DNA of 61,196 nucleotides, filler included. It is 5 parts of 5 records of this genome, joined end to end, with 100 filler letters (N's around TTAATTAATTAA, not from the genome) between each part and the next. Parts side by side here need not be neighbours in the genome. Positions count along the whole stretch, not along the records: positions 26,636 to 33,055 come from SRR31156797_26627; positions 33,156 to 44,864 come from SRR31156797_26649; 3 more parts are not named here. One strand, given 5' to 3'. Of the stretch, positions 31,761-42,212 are shown one piece after another. Position numbers and translations under genes: made by a program. Position 1 is the first letter of the stretch. Each line of letters starts with the position of its first letter. Below the pieces are notes generated by a model that did not search any database, was not told where the DNA came from, and saw nothing but the letters and a program-made list of their open reading frames with translations.

Positions 31761-32990
31761 ATGAATATCTACCTCTTCATTATCATATTTTCCCTTGCCG
31801 GGGCATGTCTGCTGGGTATTTTTGCCCGCCAGCTTAACCGCAAGGCCCTCTCCACCGAACTTCCCGCAGAATTCAACGGAACTTTTGATGCGGACGAATA
31901 CCGTAAATCCCAAGATTACACCAAAGCAGGAATCGGCTTCGAGAATATCTCAAGTTCATTCAGCACACTTATTACCATCCTGTTCATCATCTTAGGCGGT
32001 TTCAACACCATGGACCTCTGGGCCGACGGTTTCGGCTATGGCGAAATCGTAACCGGGCTGATTTTTTATGCCGGACTAGCTGTTCTCAGCGACCTAGTTT
32101 CCTTGCCTTTTTCCCTCTATAGTACCTTTGTCATTGAAGAAAAGTTCGGATTTAACAAAACCACCCTCAAAACTTTTTTCATGGATAAACTCAAAGGCTA
32201 CCTGCTCGGCGGAATCATCGGCGGGGCCATTCTCAGTGGAATTCTGCTGTTCTTCAATGCTGCGGGATCTCTTGCCTGGCTCTGGTGCTGGCTGTTTACC
32301 GTGCTGATCACTCTCGGTGTGCAATATCTTGCCCCCACATGGATTCTTCCCCTATTTAACAAATTCACCCCCCTTGAAGATGGCGAACTAAAAGGAAAAA
32401 TAGAACAATTTGCTGCCGAAAACGGATTTGAACTTTCCGGCATTTTCATGATTGACGGTTCCAAACGTTCCACCAAGGCTAATGCCTATTTCACCGGGTT
32501 CGGCAAGAAAAAACGTATCGCCCTTTTCGATACCCTGATCAACAATCTTTCCACCGATGAAATCGTAGCCGTGCTGGCCCATGAGATTGGACACAGCAAG
32601 CTTGGTCATATCCGCAAGATGATGACTGTGAGCATCATCAATACCGGGGTAATCTTCCTGCTCATGTCCTTTTTTCTCGGCAACGAAGAACTCTTCGCTG
32701 CGTTCGGCATGCAAAATATTTCAGTACATGCGGGGTTGATCTTCTTTGCCCTGCTTTACACTCCCGTATCAATCGTGCTTTCCATCTTCAGCAATATCCG
32801 CTCCCGTAAACACGAATTTGAAGCGGACGCTTTTGCAGCGAAAACCACTCACACCCCGGAAGTTCTGGTCGGAGCACTGAAAAAGCTATCGGTAAGCAAC
32901 CTCGCCAACCTTACTCCGCATCCCTTTTACGTCTGGCTGGAGTACAGCCATCCTCCTGTGTTAAAGAGGATAGAGGCACTTCGTAATTAA
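31761..32990 (+). CDS. M48 family (Ste24-like) membrane zinc metalloprotease
   Basis: HEIGH, ANAYFTG, EFEAD, YSHPP. Confidence 0.93.
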   Translation: MNIYLFIIIFSLAGACLLGIFARQLNRKALSTELPAEFNGTFDADEYRKSQDYTKAGIGFENISSSFSTLITILFIILGGFNTMDLWADGFGYGEIVTGLIFYAGLAVLSDLVSLPFSLYSTFVIEEKFGFNKTTLKTFFMDKLKGYLLGGIIGGAILSGILLFFNAAGSLAWLWCWLFTVLITLGVQYLAPTWILPLFNKFTPLEDGELKGKIEQFAAENGFELSGIFMIDGSKRSTKANAYFTGFGKKKRIALFDTLINNLSTDEIVAVLAHEIGHSKLGHIRKMMTVSIINTGVIFLLMSFFLGNEELFAAFGMQNISVHAGLIFFALLYTPVSIVLSIFSNIRSRKHEFEADAFAAKTTHTPEVLVGALKKLSVSNLANLTPHPFYVWLEYSHPPVLKRIEALRN

Positions 32991-33025
32991 GTTTGATACG
33001 CTTCGCGCTTTTGATAAATGAATTA

Positions 33026-33055
33026 GCCTCCGGCGGCTTAAACCCTTTTTGTAAA
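33026..33055. repeat. Start of a probable intergenic repeat at the contig break
   Basis: GCCTCCGGCGGC...AAACCCTTTTT resembles Desulfovibrionaceae intergenic repeats (from recall); only a truncated copy is visible. Confidence 0.35.
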
Positions 33056-33155
33056 NNNNNNNNNNNNNNNNNNNNNNNNNNNNNNNNNNNNNNNNNNNNT
33101 TAATTAATTAANNNNNNNNNNNNNNNNNNNNNNNNNNNNNNNNNNNNNNNNNNNN
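33056..33155. other. Artificial contig linker
   Basis: N-run + TTAATTAATTAA + N-run. Confidence 0.98.
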
Positions 33156-33373
33156 ATCCGCTCCGCAGTTCAGTTCTTCAGGGTTGTCAATAATTGCAAC
33201 ACACTCCGAGGTAAATTGCAGGACCGTGGAATGCAACTATTGATAACCCTATTCTATGTACCCAAACTGTCTACCTGGAACAACTGTTTGAGATAGACAG
33301 TGCACCTGTTTGGAAGTATTTTACTTTCTTCTATTCGACACTAATCGATAATATTTGAAGGTATGGAGAAACA

Positions 33374-33689
33374 GTGAAACTCATTGCTCAAACACCAACC
33401 CCACCATACTATGCAGTAATTTTCACTTCCATTCGAACCACCGGTAATAATGGGTACGGGCAAATGGCAGAAAGAATGGTAAATTCAGCAACTCGCCAGC
33501 CGGTTTTTTAGGTGTTAAATCTGCAAGGGGGATGTCGGAATTACAGTATCATACTGGTCTGACCTTGAATCTATTCAAAACTGGAAAGACAACATAGCGC
33601 ACCAGGAGGCAAAGGCGAAAGGGCACTTTCTGTGGTATTCCTCGTTCAAATTGCGCGTTACCAAGGTCGAGCGTGACTACAAAATTTAG
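33374..33689 (+). pseudogene. Antibiotic biosynthesis monooxygenase (ABM) family gene with two frameshifts
   Basis: MKLIAQTPTPPYYAVIFTS...QP / FLGVKSAR / DVGITVSYWSDLESIQNWK...KVERDYKI* read across three frames; shifts near 33502 and 33530. Confidence 0.8.
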
Positions 33690-33736
33690 CCTTTTCTACT
33701 TTTACAGTTCTGACAGCAATAAACTGAATAAAATCC

Positions 33737-34687
33737 ATGGACAACGCCAGACAACAATCGTACTTTCACTCTTCATCTCCCAAATTGGCGTTGACGGCAG
33801 CCTGTGGAGCAGGAGTAATGTGGGGAACAGGTGCGCTGGTTGTCAATATACTTGTCGCCCAACATGGCTTCTCACCTGAGAACATCTCCTTCTGGCGTTT
33901 TATTATTGGTGCTGTTGTTCTTATCGGAGTCTTTGGCCGCAGCATACTGTGGAGCCGGTTACGACCGCTACTGCTCACGGTACTTCTTGCAGGTGCTGCA
34001 ATGGCAGGCTATGTCTTACTTTGGTTTCTTGGAATCGAACAGATGGGCGCTGCCGTTCCAACCCTTATTGCGCTCTGTCTCCCACCCGTCATCGTCACAA
34101 TAATCGGGGTTGCTCGTTGTCAAGAGACAGCAGATATACAACTGTTTCTTGTGCTTGCAGGAGCAATTACAGGCACAGTTCTCATCATCGCGCAGCACGG
34201 TGCGACGCCTGCAAGCGCTGATACAAGCAGCACTTTGCTCGGCGTTGCGTTCTCGATTGGCTCTGCGTTCCTGTACGCTGGTTTCTCTATGATCAGTGGA
34301 CGTATTTCAATAGTCCTTGGAGCAGGACCGGCAACAGCCTGTCTAACCTTAGTTGCAGCTGCTGTAATGAGCTTGACGGTTCTTTACAGACCATTCATCT
34401 GGCCGACAGAATTTCCACCACAAGCTTGGTTTCTGTATCTTGGCATAGTAACTGCTGCCCTCGCATTACTTGCCTTCAGTTGGGGTGCTGCACGACTGAA
34501 GCCCACAGCACTCACTGTGGCCACATTGCTTGAACCACTCACTGCTGTTGTACTTTCGGCTTTTTTGCTTGAACAGCACTTCGGTCCTTTGCAGTGGGCA
34601 GGCGGCGCACTTCTGCTGCTGAGTATTTGGATACTTGGAAGAAGAGCTTCGGTTAAAGTTGAGAATAAGAGATCATCATTTAACTGA
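33737..34687 (+). CDS. EamA/DMT family transporter
   Basis: About 10 hydrophobic segments, WGT, TLLEPLTA. Confidence 0.88.
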   Translation: MDNARQQSYFHSSSPKLALTAACGAGVMWGTGALVVNILVAQHGFSPENISFWRFIIGAVVLIGVFGRSILWSRLRPLLLTVLLAGAAMAGYVLLWFLGIEQMGAAVPTLIALCLPPVIVTIIGVARCQETADIQLFLVLAGAITGTVLIIAQHGATPASADTSSTLLGVAFSIGSAFLYAGFSMISGRISIVLGAGPATACLTLVAAAVMSLTVLYRPFIWPTEFPPQAWFLYLGIVTAALALLAFSWGAARLKPTALTVATLLEPLTAVVLSAFLLEQHFGPLQWAGGALLLLSIWILGRRASVKVENKRSSFN

Positions 34688-35213
34688 AGAGCAACAGGAA
34701 ATATATCCACCACGTCTGGCTAAAGGCAGCTTGTACCTGCCAGCGAGAAGAACAAATCTGTAACTGCCTGACCACTCCTTGCTATGCCTCCCACATTGCC
34801 TAGTAACCATTACTTCTGTATAAAATCATAGAAAACAACAAATGTGTATTATCCTGATAACTGGTTACCTGATGATGTAATGCAACAAGTTACAATGGAA
34901 GAGAGACTACGTGCTTGTATTTGAAACAAAGGAAATAATGCGGAACTGCTTATCCATCCGACTTATATGTCTGCGATAAAACTTTGGATGCGCCTCGAAT
35001 TTGAACGAATTATCTAATTTTTCAAAGCACCCTTAAAGTATCATATTTCTCAAGCGAATCCGCTCCCCCTGATCGGCCCGGGAGAGGTTACCAGTCAACG
35101 GCGACAACAGAAAACACGATAAAAATTACATTATCGTAACAAACAAATAACCAAAAAAACATTTTCGTCAAACATTTTGCGAAATGCCCACCAGCGACAA
35201 TCTCAGCTCATAC

Positions 35214-35320
35214 AGGCATAAGCTCGACTTATGCCTATATCATTTCTTTTCGTTTTTTTTTAAAAAAAAGCACAGCAAATCCACATATAAAACACTGAAA
35301 AACAGTTAGTTAAACTAACT
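35214..35320. promoter_or_regulatory. Two LysR-type (T-N11-A) palindromic boxes upstream of creatinase
   Basis: AGGCATAAG-CTCGA-CTTATGCCT (35214-35236) and AGTTAG-TTAAA-CTAACT (35304-35320). Confidence 0.6.
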
Positions 35321-35448
35321 AATGGCTAACAATTAGACACACCCTCAACACAAAGAACTCCTGACATGTTTCTTAGGCATAGCGGTTGCAAAATAAGCCA
35401 AAACCCACAAAATCCAGCGACAATCACTATAAGCGAGGACCCCCAATA

Positions 35449-36657
35449 ATGGACATGATCGATGTACTAGAGATTAAAAATGGAAATAGGGTCAAAGGAA
35501 CTTTTTCCAGCCAAGAAATGCAGCACAGAATGGATACTCTCCGTACGTACATGGGAGCCGAGGAGTTGGATGCGATACTGTTTACCTCCATGCACAATAT
35601 TAACTACTACAGTGACTTTCTTTACTGCTCCTTTGGTCGCAATTTTGGACTGACAGTTACTCAGGCAAAATCTACAACCATTAGTGCCAATATTGATTTC
35701 GGCCAGCCGTACAGACGCAGCTTTGGAGACAATATTGTCTACACCGACTGGAAACAGAACAATTATTTCCGAGCAGTGAAAAAACTCCTTCCCGGGTGCA
35801 AGCGGATTGGCATCGAATTTGACCACCTGACCATGCAAAACCTGAGAAAACTGGAAGATATTTTCCCAGGAGCTAGCTTGATCGACATCAGTGCAGATAT
35901 CATGCGTATGCGGATGATCAAATCCGACGAAGAAATTGCACTTATCACCATGGGAGCCCAGGTTGCTGACATCGGCGGCGCTGCCTGCGTAGAAGCCATA
36001 ACTGAGGGGGTCCCTGAACATGAAGTTGCTCTGGCATCGACCAATGCCATGGTGCGCGAGATAGCCCACAGAGTTCCCCACGGTGAACTACGAGACACCT
36101 GGACCTGGTTCCAGTCGGGCATCAACACCGATGGCGCACACAATCCGGTCACAAGCCGTAGGGTTCAAAAAGGAGACATACTCAGCCTTAACTGCTTCCC
36201 CATGATCGCCGGATACTACACCGCTCTTGAACGCACCCTTTTTCTTGGCCAACCAACAGACAGAGAGCTGAAGTTATGGGAAATTAACTGCCAAGTGTAC
36301 GAAAAGGGCCTCAGCCTGATAAAGCCCGGAGCGCGCTGCTGCGATATAGCAAAAGAACTCAACGAAATCTATGCCCAAGAAAAACTTCTTGAAAACCGGA
36401 CGTTTGGCTATGGCCACTCTTTTGGAGTATTGAGCCACTACTACGGGCGCGAAGCTGGCCTTGAACTGCGCGAAGACATCGAAACAGTCCTTAAACCGAA
36501 CATGGTTATCTCGATGGAGCCGATGATAACCATCCCCCAAGGAGAAGAAGGTGCTGGAGGGTATCGAGAGCATGACATTCTTGTACTTACAGAGGATGGA
36601 GCTCGAAATATTACAGGGTTCCCAGTGGGGCCTGAGCACAACATAATCGAACTCTAG
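35449..36657 (+). CDS. Creatinase (creatine amidinohydrolase, M24 fold)
   Basis: FTSMHNINYYSDFLYCSFGR, WFQSGINTDGAHNP, GHSFGVLSHYYGREAGLELRED, GAGGYREHD match known creatinases. Confidence 0.92.
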   Translation: MDMIDVLEIKNGNRVKGTFSSQEMQHRMDTLRTYMGAEELDAILFTSMHNINYYSDFLYCSFGRNFGLTVTQAKSTTISANIDFGQPYRRSFGDNIVYTDWKQNNYFRAVKKLLPGCKRIGIEFDHLTMQNLRKLEDIFPGASLIDISADIMRMRMIKSDEEIALITMGAQVADIGGAACVEAITEGVPEHEVALASTNAMVREIAHRVPHGELRDTWTWFQSGINTDGAHNPVTSRRVQKGDILSLNCFPMIAGYYTALERTLFLGQPTDRELKLWEINCQVYEKGLSLIKPGARCCDIAKELNEIYAQEKLLENRTFGYGHSFGVLSHYYGREAGLELREDIETVLKPNMVISMEPMITIPQGEEGAGGYREHDILVLTEDGARNITGFPVGPEHNIIEL

Positions 36658-36668
36658 AGAACAGAAAA

Positions 36669-37553
36669 TTGAACGCTACCTTATTTGCCCTCGCAACTAT
36701 AGGCATGTGGAGCTCACTGGCTCTACTGACAGACCGAGTTTCCCATTTACCCCCCCTGCTGTCAGTAGGGCTCGTGCTCACTATTTGCGGCCTGGTAGGT
36801 GCTCTCAAAATCCGGGACTGGAAGGTTTCAGCTGTAACCTGGATGGTCGGCGTAGGCGGTATCTTTGGTTACCACTTCCTCCTATTTGCGGCTTTTGGAA
36901 AAGCGCCTGCCGTTGAAGCAAACATGATTCAATACCTGTGGCCTTTGTTTATCGTCCTGTTTACTCCGATTCTTTTACCGGGAAACAGTCTCTCAACATA
37001 CCATATCCTTGGGGCAGCACTTGGTCTTACGGGAGCTGTCCTCATCGTTACAGGTGGAAAGATCGGCCTGAAGATGGATTACCTGTCCGGATACTGCTGT
37101 GCATTTGGCGCGGCCGTGATTTGGGCGTGTTATTCCCTACTCACCAAGCGACTTCCATTATTTTCCACAGCAGCAGTAGGCGGATTCTGTTTTGTATCAG
37201 GCCTTCTTTCCCTTGGCCTGCAATATATAACACAAGGATCACTCCCCATGCCAAACGCCGGCGAGTGGGGCAATATCATCCTCCTTGGAATAGGCCCTAT
37301 GGGCCTGGCTTTCTACACATGGGACGCAGCCATGAAACGGGGTGATTCACGAACCATTGGCAGCCTGGCCTACATCACCCCACTCTTATCGACCTTGCTC
37401 CTGGTTGTCGTCAACGGGGCAAACTTTACACTTTTACATGCTACAGCCATCGTCCTTGTCACCGGGGGGGCTGTAATCGGCTCACTTGACACTTTCAGGC
37501 CCGCACTCTCCGCTCTTCTCGGAACCCAAAAAAAAAAGCACGGAGGTTTTTAA
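36669..37553 (+). CDS. EamA/DMT family transporter
   Basis: APAVEANMIQYLWP, WDAAMKRGD; multiple TM helices. Confidence 0.88.
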   Translation: MNATLFALATIGMWSSLALLTDRVSHLPPLLSVGLVLTICGLVGALKIRDWKVSAVTWMVGVGGIFGYHFLLFAAFGKAPAVEANMIQYLWPLFIVLFTPILLPGNSLSTYHILGAALGLTGAVLIVTGGKIGLKMDYLSGYCCAFGAAVIWACYSLLTKRLPLFSTAAVGGFCFVSGLLSLGLQYITQGSLPMPNAGEWGNIILLGIGPMGLAFYTWDAAMKRGDSRTIGSLAYITPLLSTLLLVVVNGANFTLLHATAIVLVTGGAVIGSLDTFRPALSALLGTQKKKHGGF

Positions 37554-37652
37554 TAATAATCAATAAAACAGGTAGTTTAAATTAGCACTAGGGGCTGTTC
37601 AGCATCAACACATTTTCTCAATAAAAACCGAAAAAAAGACAAGAGGTCAATC

Positions 37653-38504
37653 ATGATTCGTACATTTAAATTCGCTGCCTTAATGCTGGCATGTTTTTTC
37701 GTGACCAGCGCACAGAGCCAGGCCAAAGATCTATTGGAAGAGATAAAAGAAAGGGGTGAAATTGTCATTGCGACTGAAGCCCGTTTCGCCCCTTTTGAAA
37801 TGCTTAAAAAAGGGAAAATAGTCGGATACAGCAAAGACCTGCTCGACGAAATCCTCAAAGATCTTCCAGGCGTAAAGCTCAAGCAGCTCGACCTTCCATA
37901 TCAGGGAATTTTGGCCGGTCTTGTTGCCAAACGCTATGATTTTGTATGCACCTCTTTAACTATTACCAAAGAACGTGCTGCAAAGTATGCCTTCACCTTA
38001 CCAATCTCCACAGCATCTTTAACGATTGTTAAAAGAACCGGTGATGATACCATTAAGTCAGCTGAAGATATGGCTGGCAAAATAATTGGTATTCAGGCGG
38101 GCGCCTCGCCTTACTTCACAGCTCTAAAAAACTATGAAAACGAAGTACTCAAGCCAAAAGCTGGCAAGGGTGTCGACAAGTTAATGGAATTCGTGAGCTA
38201 TGACGATGCATATGCCGCACTAGCCGGTCGTCGGGTGGATGCAGTTGTCAACACCGTACCAAACATTGCCCCGCTGGTAAAAGAGCGCTCAGACGTCTTT
38301 GAAATTATCCTGCCGGCTTTTGGCCCACCAGCCTACTTTGCCTGGGCCGGTCGAAAAGACGATGCCAGTAAATCACTGATACAGTTCTTCAGCGACGGTA
38401 TTAAAAAGCTTGATGACAACGGCAAACTCAAAGAACTGCAAGAGAAATGGTTTGGTTTCACCATGGATCTTCCTTTGGACAAGGTTCCAGAACCCGTTAA
38501 CTAA
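37653..38504 (+). CDS. Polar amino-acid ABC transporter substrate-binding protein
   Basis: Signal peptide, TEARFAPFE, ITKERA, LQEKWFG. Confidence 0.92.
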   Translation: MIRTFKFAALMLACFFVTSAQSQAKDLLEEIKERGEIVIATEARFAPFEMLKKGKIVGYSKDLLDEILKDLPGVKLKQLDLPYQGILAGLVAKRYDFVCTSLTITKERAAKYAFTLPISTASLTIVKRTGDDTIKSAEDMAGKIIGIQAGASPYFTALKNYENEVLKPKAGKGVDKLMEFVSYDDAYAALAGRRVDAVVNTVPNIAPLVKERSDVFEIILPAFGPPAYFAWAGRKDDASKSLIQFFSDGIKKLDDNGKLKELQEKWFGFTMDLPLDKVPEPVN

Positions 38505-38511
38505 AAAATCC

Positions 38512-38544
38512 CGAGTCGTCCCGGGCCAATAACGGGACGACTCG
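38512..38544 (+). other. Intercistronic stem-loop after the SBP gene
   Basis: CGAGTCGTCCCG / CGGGACGACTCG 12-bp perfect stem with no U-tract. Confidence 0.6.
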
Positions 38545-38580
38545 CACCTGCACCCTTGACAACACCCACGGACGGTCAGA

Positions 38581-39231
38581 ATGTTCGATTTTACGATTAT
38601 CCTCGATCACATCCCAGAACTTCTTGCTGGGGCATGGCGTACCTTGTGGATATCCTTTGTATCCATAGGCATCGGCTTTGTGCTCGGTCATCTCCTCTGT
38701 TTCGGGAAATTTTCGGGAAACAAACCACTCAAGAGAACTATCGGCATTTATGTCAGTTTCTTCAGGGGTACCCCATTACTGGTCCAGCTTGCCATTATTT
38801 TTTATTTCCTGCCGCTTTTCGGCATATTCATTCCTTCAGTGGCTGCGGCTATCATTGCATTATCAATGAATACCGCTGCATTTCAGTCTGAAATTCTCCG
38901 TGGCGGCTTTCAATCCCTCCCCAAAGGACAAGTGGAAGCAGCTCAAGATCTTGGCTTTAGCTGGTGGCAAATCAAGATACATATCGAAATACCCCAGGTA
39001 TTCAGGGCAACCGTTCCGGCACTGGTCAACGAATCTATAGATATCTTGAAAAACTCAGCCTTGATTTCCACAATTGCAGTAACAGATCTTATGCGAATCT
39101 CGCAAACACTGGCTTCAACCAGTTTTCGTCCCATCGAGTTCTTTCTTGCAGCTGGAGTTATTTATTTTGTCATGACCTACGCCATAAGCAGCTTTGGCAA
39201 TATCATTGAACAAAAAATGAAAAGGATATAA
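38581..39231 (+). CDS. Amino-acid ABC transporter permease
   Basis: FRGTPLLVQ, EILRGG...GQVEAA. Confidence 0.93.
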   Translation: MFDFTIILDHIPELLAGAWRTLWISFVSIGIGFVLGHLLCFGKFSGNKPLKRTIGIYVSFFRGTPLLVQLAIIFYFLPLFGIFIPSVAAAIIALSMNTAAFQSEILRGGFQSLPKGQVEAAQDLGFSWWQIKIHIEIPQVFRATVPALVNESIDILKNSALISTIAVTDLMRISQTLASTSFRPIEFFLAAGVIYFVMTYAISSFGNIIEQKMKRI

Positions 39232-39238
39232 AGCAAAC

Positions 39239-39928
39239 ATGTTTGACCTCTCCATCATAACTCAATATTACCCGCTGTTTCTAAAAGGATTCACCTATAC
39301 CTTGCTCGTCTGTGCCGCCGGCATCCTTTGCGGTCTACTCTGGGGGCAGTTCCTTTACATATTAAGCCAATCACGCTTTCTACTTTTTCAGGTATCATGC
39401 CGCTGGTATATAAATATTTTCCGAGGCACGCCACTTTTAGTACAGCTCTTTCTGCTCTTTTACGGAGGTCCCCACTTTGGCCTTCGCCTTTCCGCAATCA
39501 CAACCGGCATCATAGGGCTTGCGGCATACGGCGGCGCTTATTTCGCTGAAATCTATCGTGCAGGATTTCAAAACATTCCCAAGGGCCAGATTGAGGCTGC
39601 CAACGACCTAGGATTCTCTAAATTGCAGATAATACTGCATATCCAGTTGCCTCAAATGTTGACCCTGATCTTACCGGCACTAACAAACCAGACAATTATC
39701 ATTGTCAAAGAATCAGCCATATTATCCATCATAACTGTTCCAGAACTAACAACGGCTGCGGTCAAGGTGTCAACCAGTACTTTTTCCATTGTAGAACCAT
39801 ACCTGCTCCTGGCAGGAGCTTACTGGATTATCGTACAGTGTATTTCTAAATGCGGCATGGCATGGGAAAAAAGACAGCTGACTTCTCTCTCCCCCACAAC
39901 TCAAACTTCGGCAAATCATAATGTCTAA
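39239..39928 (+). CDS. Amino-acid ABC transporter permease
   Basis: FRGTPLLVQ, AEIYRAG...GQIEAA. Confidence 0.93.
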   Translation: MFDLSIITQYYPLFLKGFTYTLLVCAAGILCGLLWGQFLYILSQSRFLLFQVSCRWYINIFRGTPLLVQLFLLFYGGPHFGLRLSAITTGIIGLAAYGGAYFAEIYRAGFQNIPKGQIEAANDLGFSKLQIILHIQLPQMLTLILPALTNQTIIIVKESAILSIITVPELTTAAVKVSTSTFSIVEPYLLLAGAYWIIVQCISKCGMAWEKRQLTSLSPTTQTSANHNV

Positions 39929-40715
39929 CAAGGATACTTATGCAGTTCAGCTGCACTATCTATGGAAATCGTTTGGCGACAATACAGTGCTTAAAGGGAT
40001 CGACCTCAAGGTAAAACACAAAGAAGTTGTCTGCCTCATAGGAGGGTCCGGTTCCGGCAAGAGCACCATGCTCCGCTGTATAAACAGCCTGGAAACCTTT
40101 GACGAAGGAAAAATATCTGTAGGAAAGGAATCGTTTAGCGCCTTAGAACCGGGGAAAAAGACCTCAAGTAGACTCCAGCAAGCCCGTTTTGCCTCCTTGA
40201 AAAATGTGTGCATGGTTTTCCAGCAATTTAACCTCTGGCCCCATATGACGGTTCTTAAAAACGTTATGGCACCGCTGACTCTGGTTAAAAAAATTCCCAG
40301 CAAAGAGGCAGAAGAAAAAGCCCGCTTCTTTTTGAACAAAGTAGGCTTGTCCGGCAAGGAAGATCACTACCCTGCCAACCTTTCAGGTGGCCAGCAACAA
40401 AGGGTTGCGATTGCTCGTTCGCTGAGCATGGAACCCTCTATAATGCTCTTTGACGAACCCACTTCAGCCCTTGATCCAGAATTGATTGGTGAAGTACTCA
40501 CCGTTATGCGCGACCTTGCCAATGAGGGCATGACCATGATTATCGTCACCCATGAAATGGGTTTTGCTGCCCAGGTAGCAGACAAGGTTGTCTTTCTTGC
40601 CGACGGCATCATCGAAGAAGAAGGTCCTCCCAGCAAGGTTTTTGAAAATCCATCAAGCCCGCGCTTGAAAGGCTTTCTCAGCACGTGGTCGGAACGAAAC
40701 GCTGGCATCAACTGA
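39921..40715 (+). CDS. Amino-acid ABC transporter ATP-binding protein
   Basis: GGSGSGKS, LSGGQQQR, FDEPTSALDPE. Confidence 0.95.
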   Translation: MSNKDTYAVQLHYLWKSFGDNTVLKGIDLKVKHKEVVCLIGGSGSGKSTMLRCINSLETFDEGKISVGKESFSALEPGKKTSSRLQQARFASLKNVCMVFQQFNLWPHMTVLKNVMAPLTLVKKIPSKEAEEKARFFLNKVGLSGKEDHYPANLSGGQQQRVAIARSLSMEPSIMLFDEPTSALDPELIGEVLTVMRDLANEGMTMIIVTHEMGFAAQVADKVVFLADGIIEEEGPPSKVFENPSSPRLKGFLSTWSERNAGIN

Positions 40716-40716
40716 T

Positions 40717-41628
40717 ATGGACAGATTAAAATCACTCGACAGCCTCAGGTTTTTCGTTGCTGCAGCGCGGCATTTAAACTTCACTAAGGCAGGAAACGAA
40801 CTCGGTATCTCACAAAGCGCTGTCAGCCAGCAGATCGCCAAGCTGGAGTCGGTCATCGGATTTCAACTCTTTGAGCGACAGGCACGCGGTTTACAATTCA
40901 CCGAGAAAGGTGCCAGATTTTGGGATGCAGTCCGTGAAGGTTTAGGGAGAATAGAACAGAGCCTGCAGAAACTGGACGACACAAGGCTCACCGGAAAATT
41001 GACCGTTCGCGCCCTGCCCTCTTTCGCCGCACGCTGGCTGCTGCCAAGGATCGACGAACTGCGAGACTGGGCACCTGAATTAAACATTGTCGTTGACGCT
41101 GACCTGGCACGACCTGATTTTCTCAATGACGGCGTAGACATTGCTATCACATACGGTAAGGGAGACCATCCCGAATGGGACCAGAGCTTTCTCTTTCATG
41201 ATGCCATTTTCCCGGTTTGTTCACCTGACTTTCTTCAATCTCATCGGATTGCCTCCCCAAAAGATCTCCGCGGCGAGCACCTTTTACATGACTCCGTACC
41301 CCAAGCTATTTACAGCACAAGCTGGGATGCATGGTTTGCCAGCTTGGGAATGTCCATGCCTCAATCCGGTACAGGACCGGCGTTTAGCACCATGGCCATG
41401 GTGTGCGAAAGTGCCATCAAGGGACAAGGGGTTGCGGTGAGCAGACACAGCCTGGTGGCCGAGGATATAGTACAGGGACGTCTTGTCAGGCTATTTGATC
41501 ATGTACTTCTGGAAGACGGTTTTTACCTTGCCTGTCCGAAATCAAATCTGCAACGGATAGTCATTCAAAAATTTTATGAATGGGCCAAGAAACAGGCAGC
41601 ACTGTTTAGAGAGGGCATGCAATTTTGA
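40717..41628 (+). CDS. LysR-family regulator, GcvA-like
   Basis: LNFTKAGNELGISQSAVSQQI, FAARWLLPR, PVCSP. Confidence 0.92.
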   Translation: MDRLKSLDSLRFFVAAARHLNFTKAGNELGISQSAVSQQIAKLESVIGFQLFERQARGLQFTEKGARFWDAVREGLGRIEQSLQKLDDTRLTGKLTVRALPSFAARWLLPRIDELRDWAPELNIVVDADLARPDFLNDGVDIAITYGKGDHPEWDQSFLFHDAIFPVCSPDFLQSHRIASPKDLRGEHLLHDSVPQAIYSTSWDAWFASLGMSMPQSGTGPAFSTMAMVCESAIKGQGVAVSRHSLVAEDIVQGRLVRLFDHVLLEDGFYLACPKSNLQRIVIQKFYEWAKKQAALFREGMQF

Positions 41629-42088
41629 CACAGCAGTACATTTTTGGGTTTACTTAAACAAACGACACAAAAGTTACACAGCCCTTGAACACGGGAAAAA
41701 ACAATATAATTCAGTGGGCATATCTCGTTTGCAAAACCAATTGTTAGTAGATTGCCCCTGCCCAGCATCTTTTCTTTTGACGAGGCCCTGTTCAAGCAAC
41801 TACTGCAATGGTTAACTCCTCGGACGAAAGGATGGTGACTTCGATGGTTTTGCAACCTCCCAAAAATCAAAGTTAGGAATCGGGCTAGAATTGGAAGGTC
41901 AAAAGTCGGCTAAAATCCTATGCTACGTTGATATCGTTTGTTTAATCGTACCCACCAATGAGGAGATTATTAACAATAATCCTAATCAAAAAGTCATTAT
42001 TATCAGCAGATTTCCTGATGATGATGTAAAGGCAGTCATTTAGCTAGGGGCTAGTAGATTTACCAAAAAATCTTTAAACAGAACAGCT

Positions 42089-42157
42089 TGATTTGGTATA
42101 AAAACTGTGGACATCATAAATCTCTTCACCTGAAGAATGAGTTTTTATACCAAATCA
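42089..42157. repeat. 18-bp perfect inverted repeat
   Basis: TGATTTGGTATAAAAACT (42089-42106) and AGTTTTTATACCAAATCA (42140-42157). Confidence 0.75.
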
Positions 42158-42212
42158 TTTTTTTTCAGACAACCATCAACAAATTATAATTTTGTTGCAG
42201 TAAGGAGAAATA

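Noticed and set aside
34690-35040. Gene remnant between EamA and creatinase
   Set aside because: Only short broken frames; I could not recognise a family.
35058-35110. Guanidine-I or glycine riboswitch upstream of creatinase (CCCGGGAGAGG)
   Set aside because: Only a short fragment resembles either consensus; the other conserved elements are missing. An Rfam scan would settle it.
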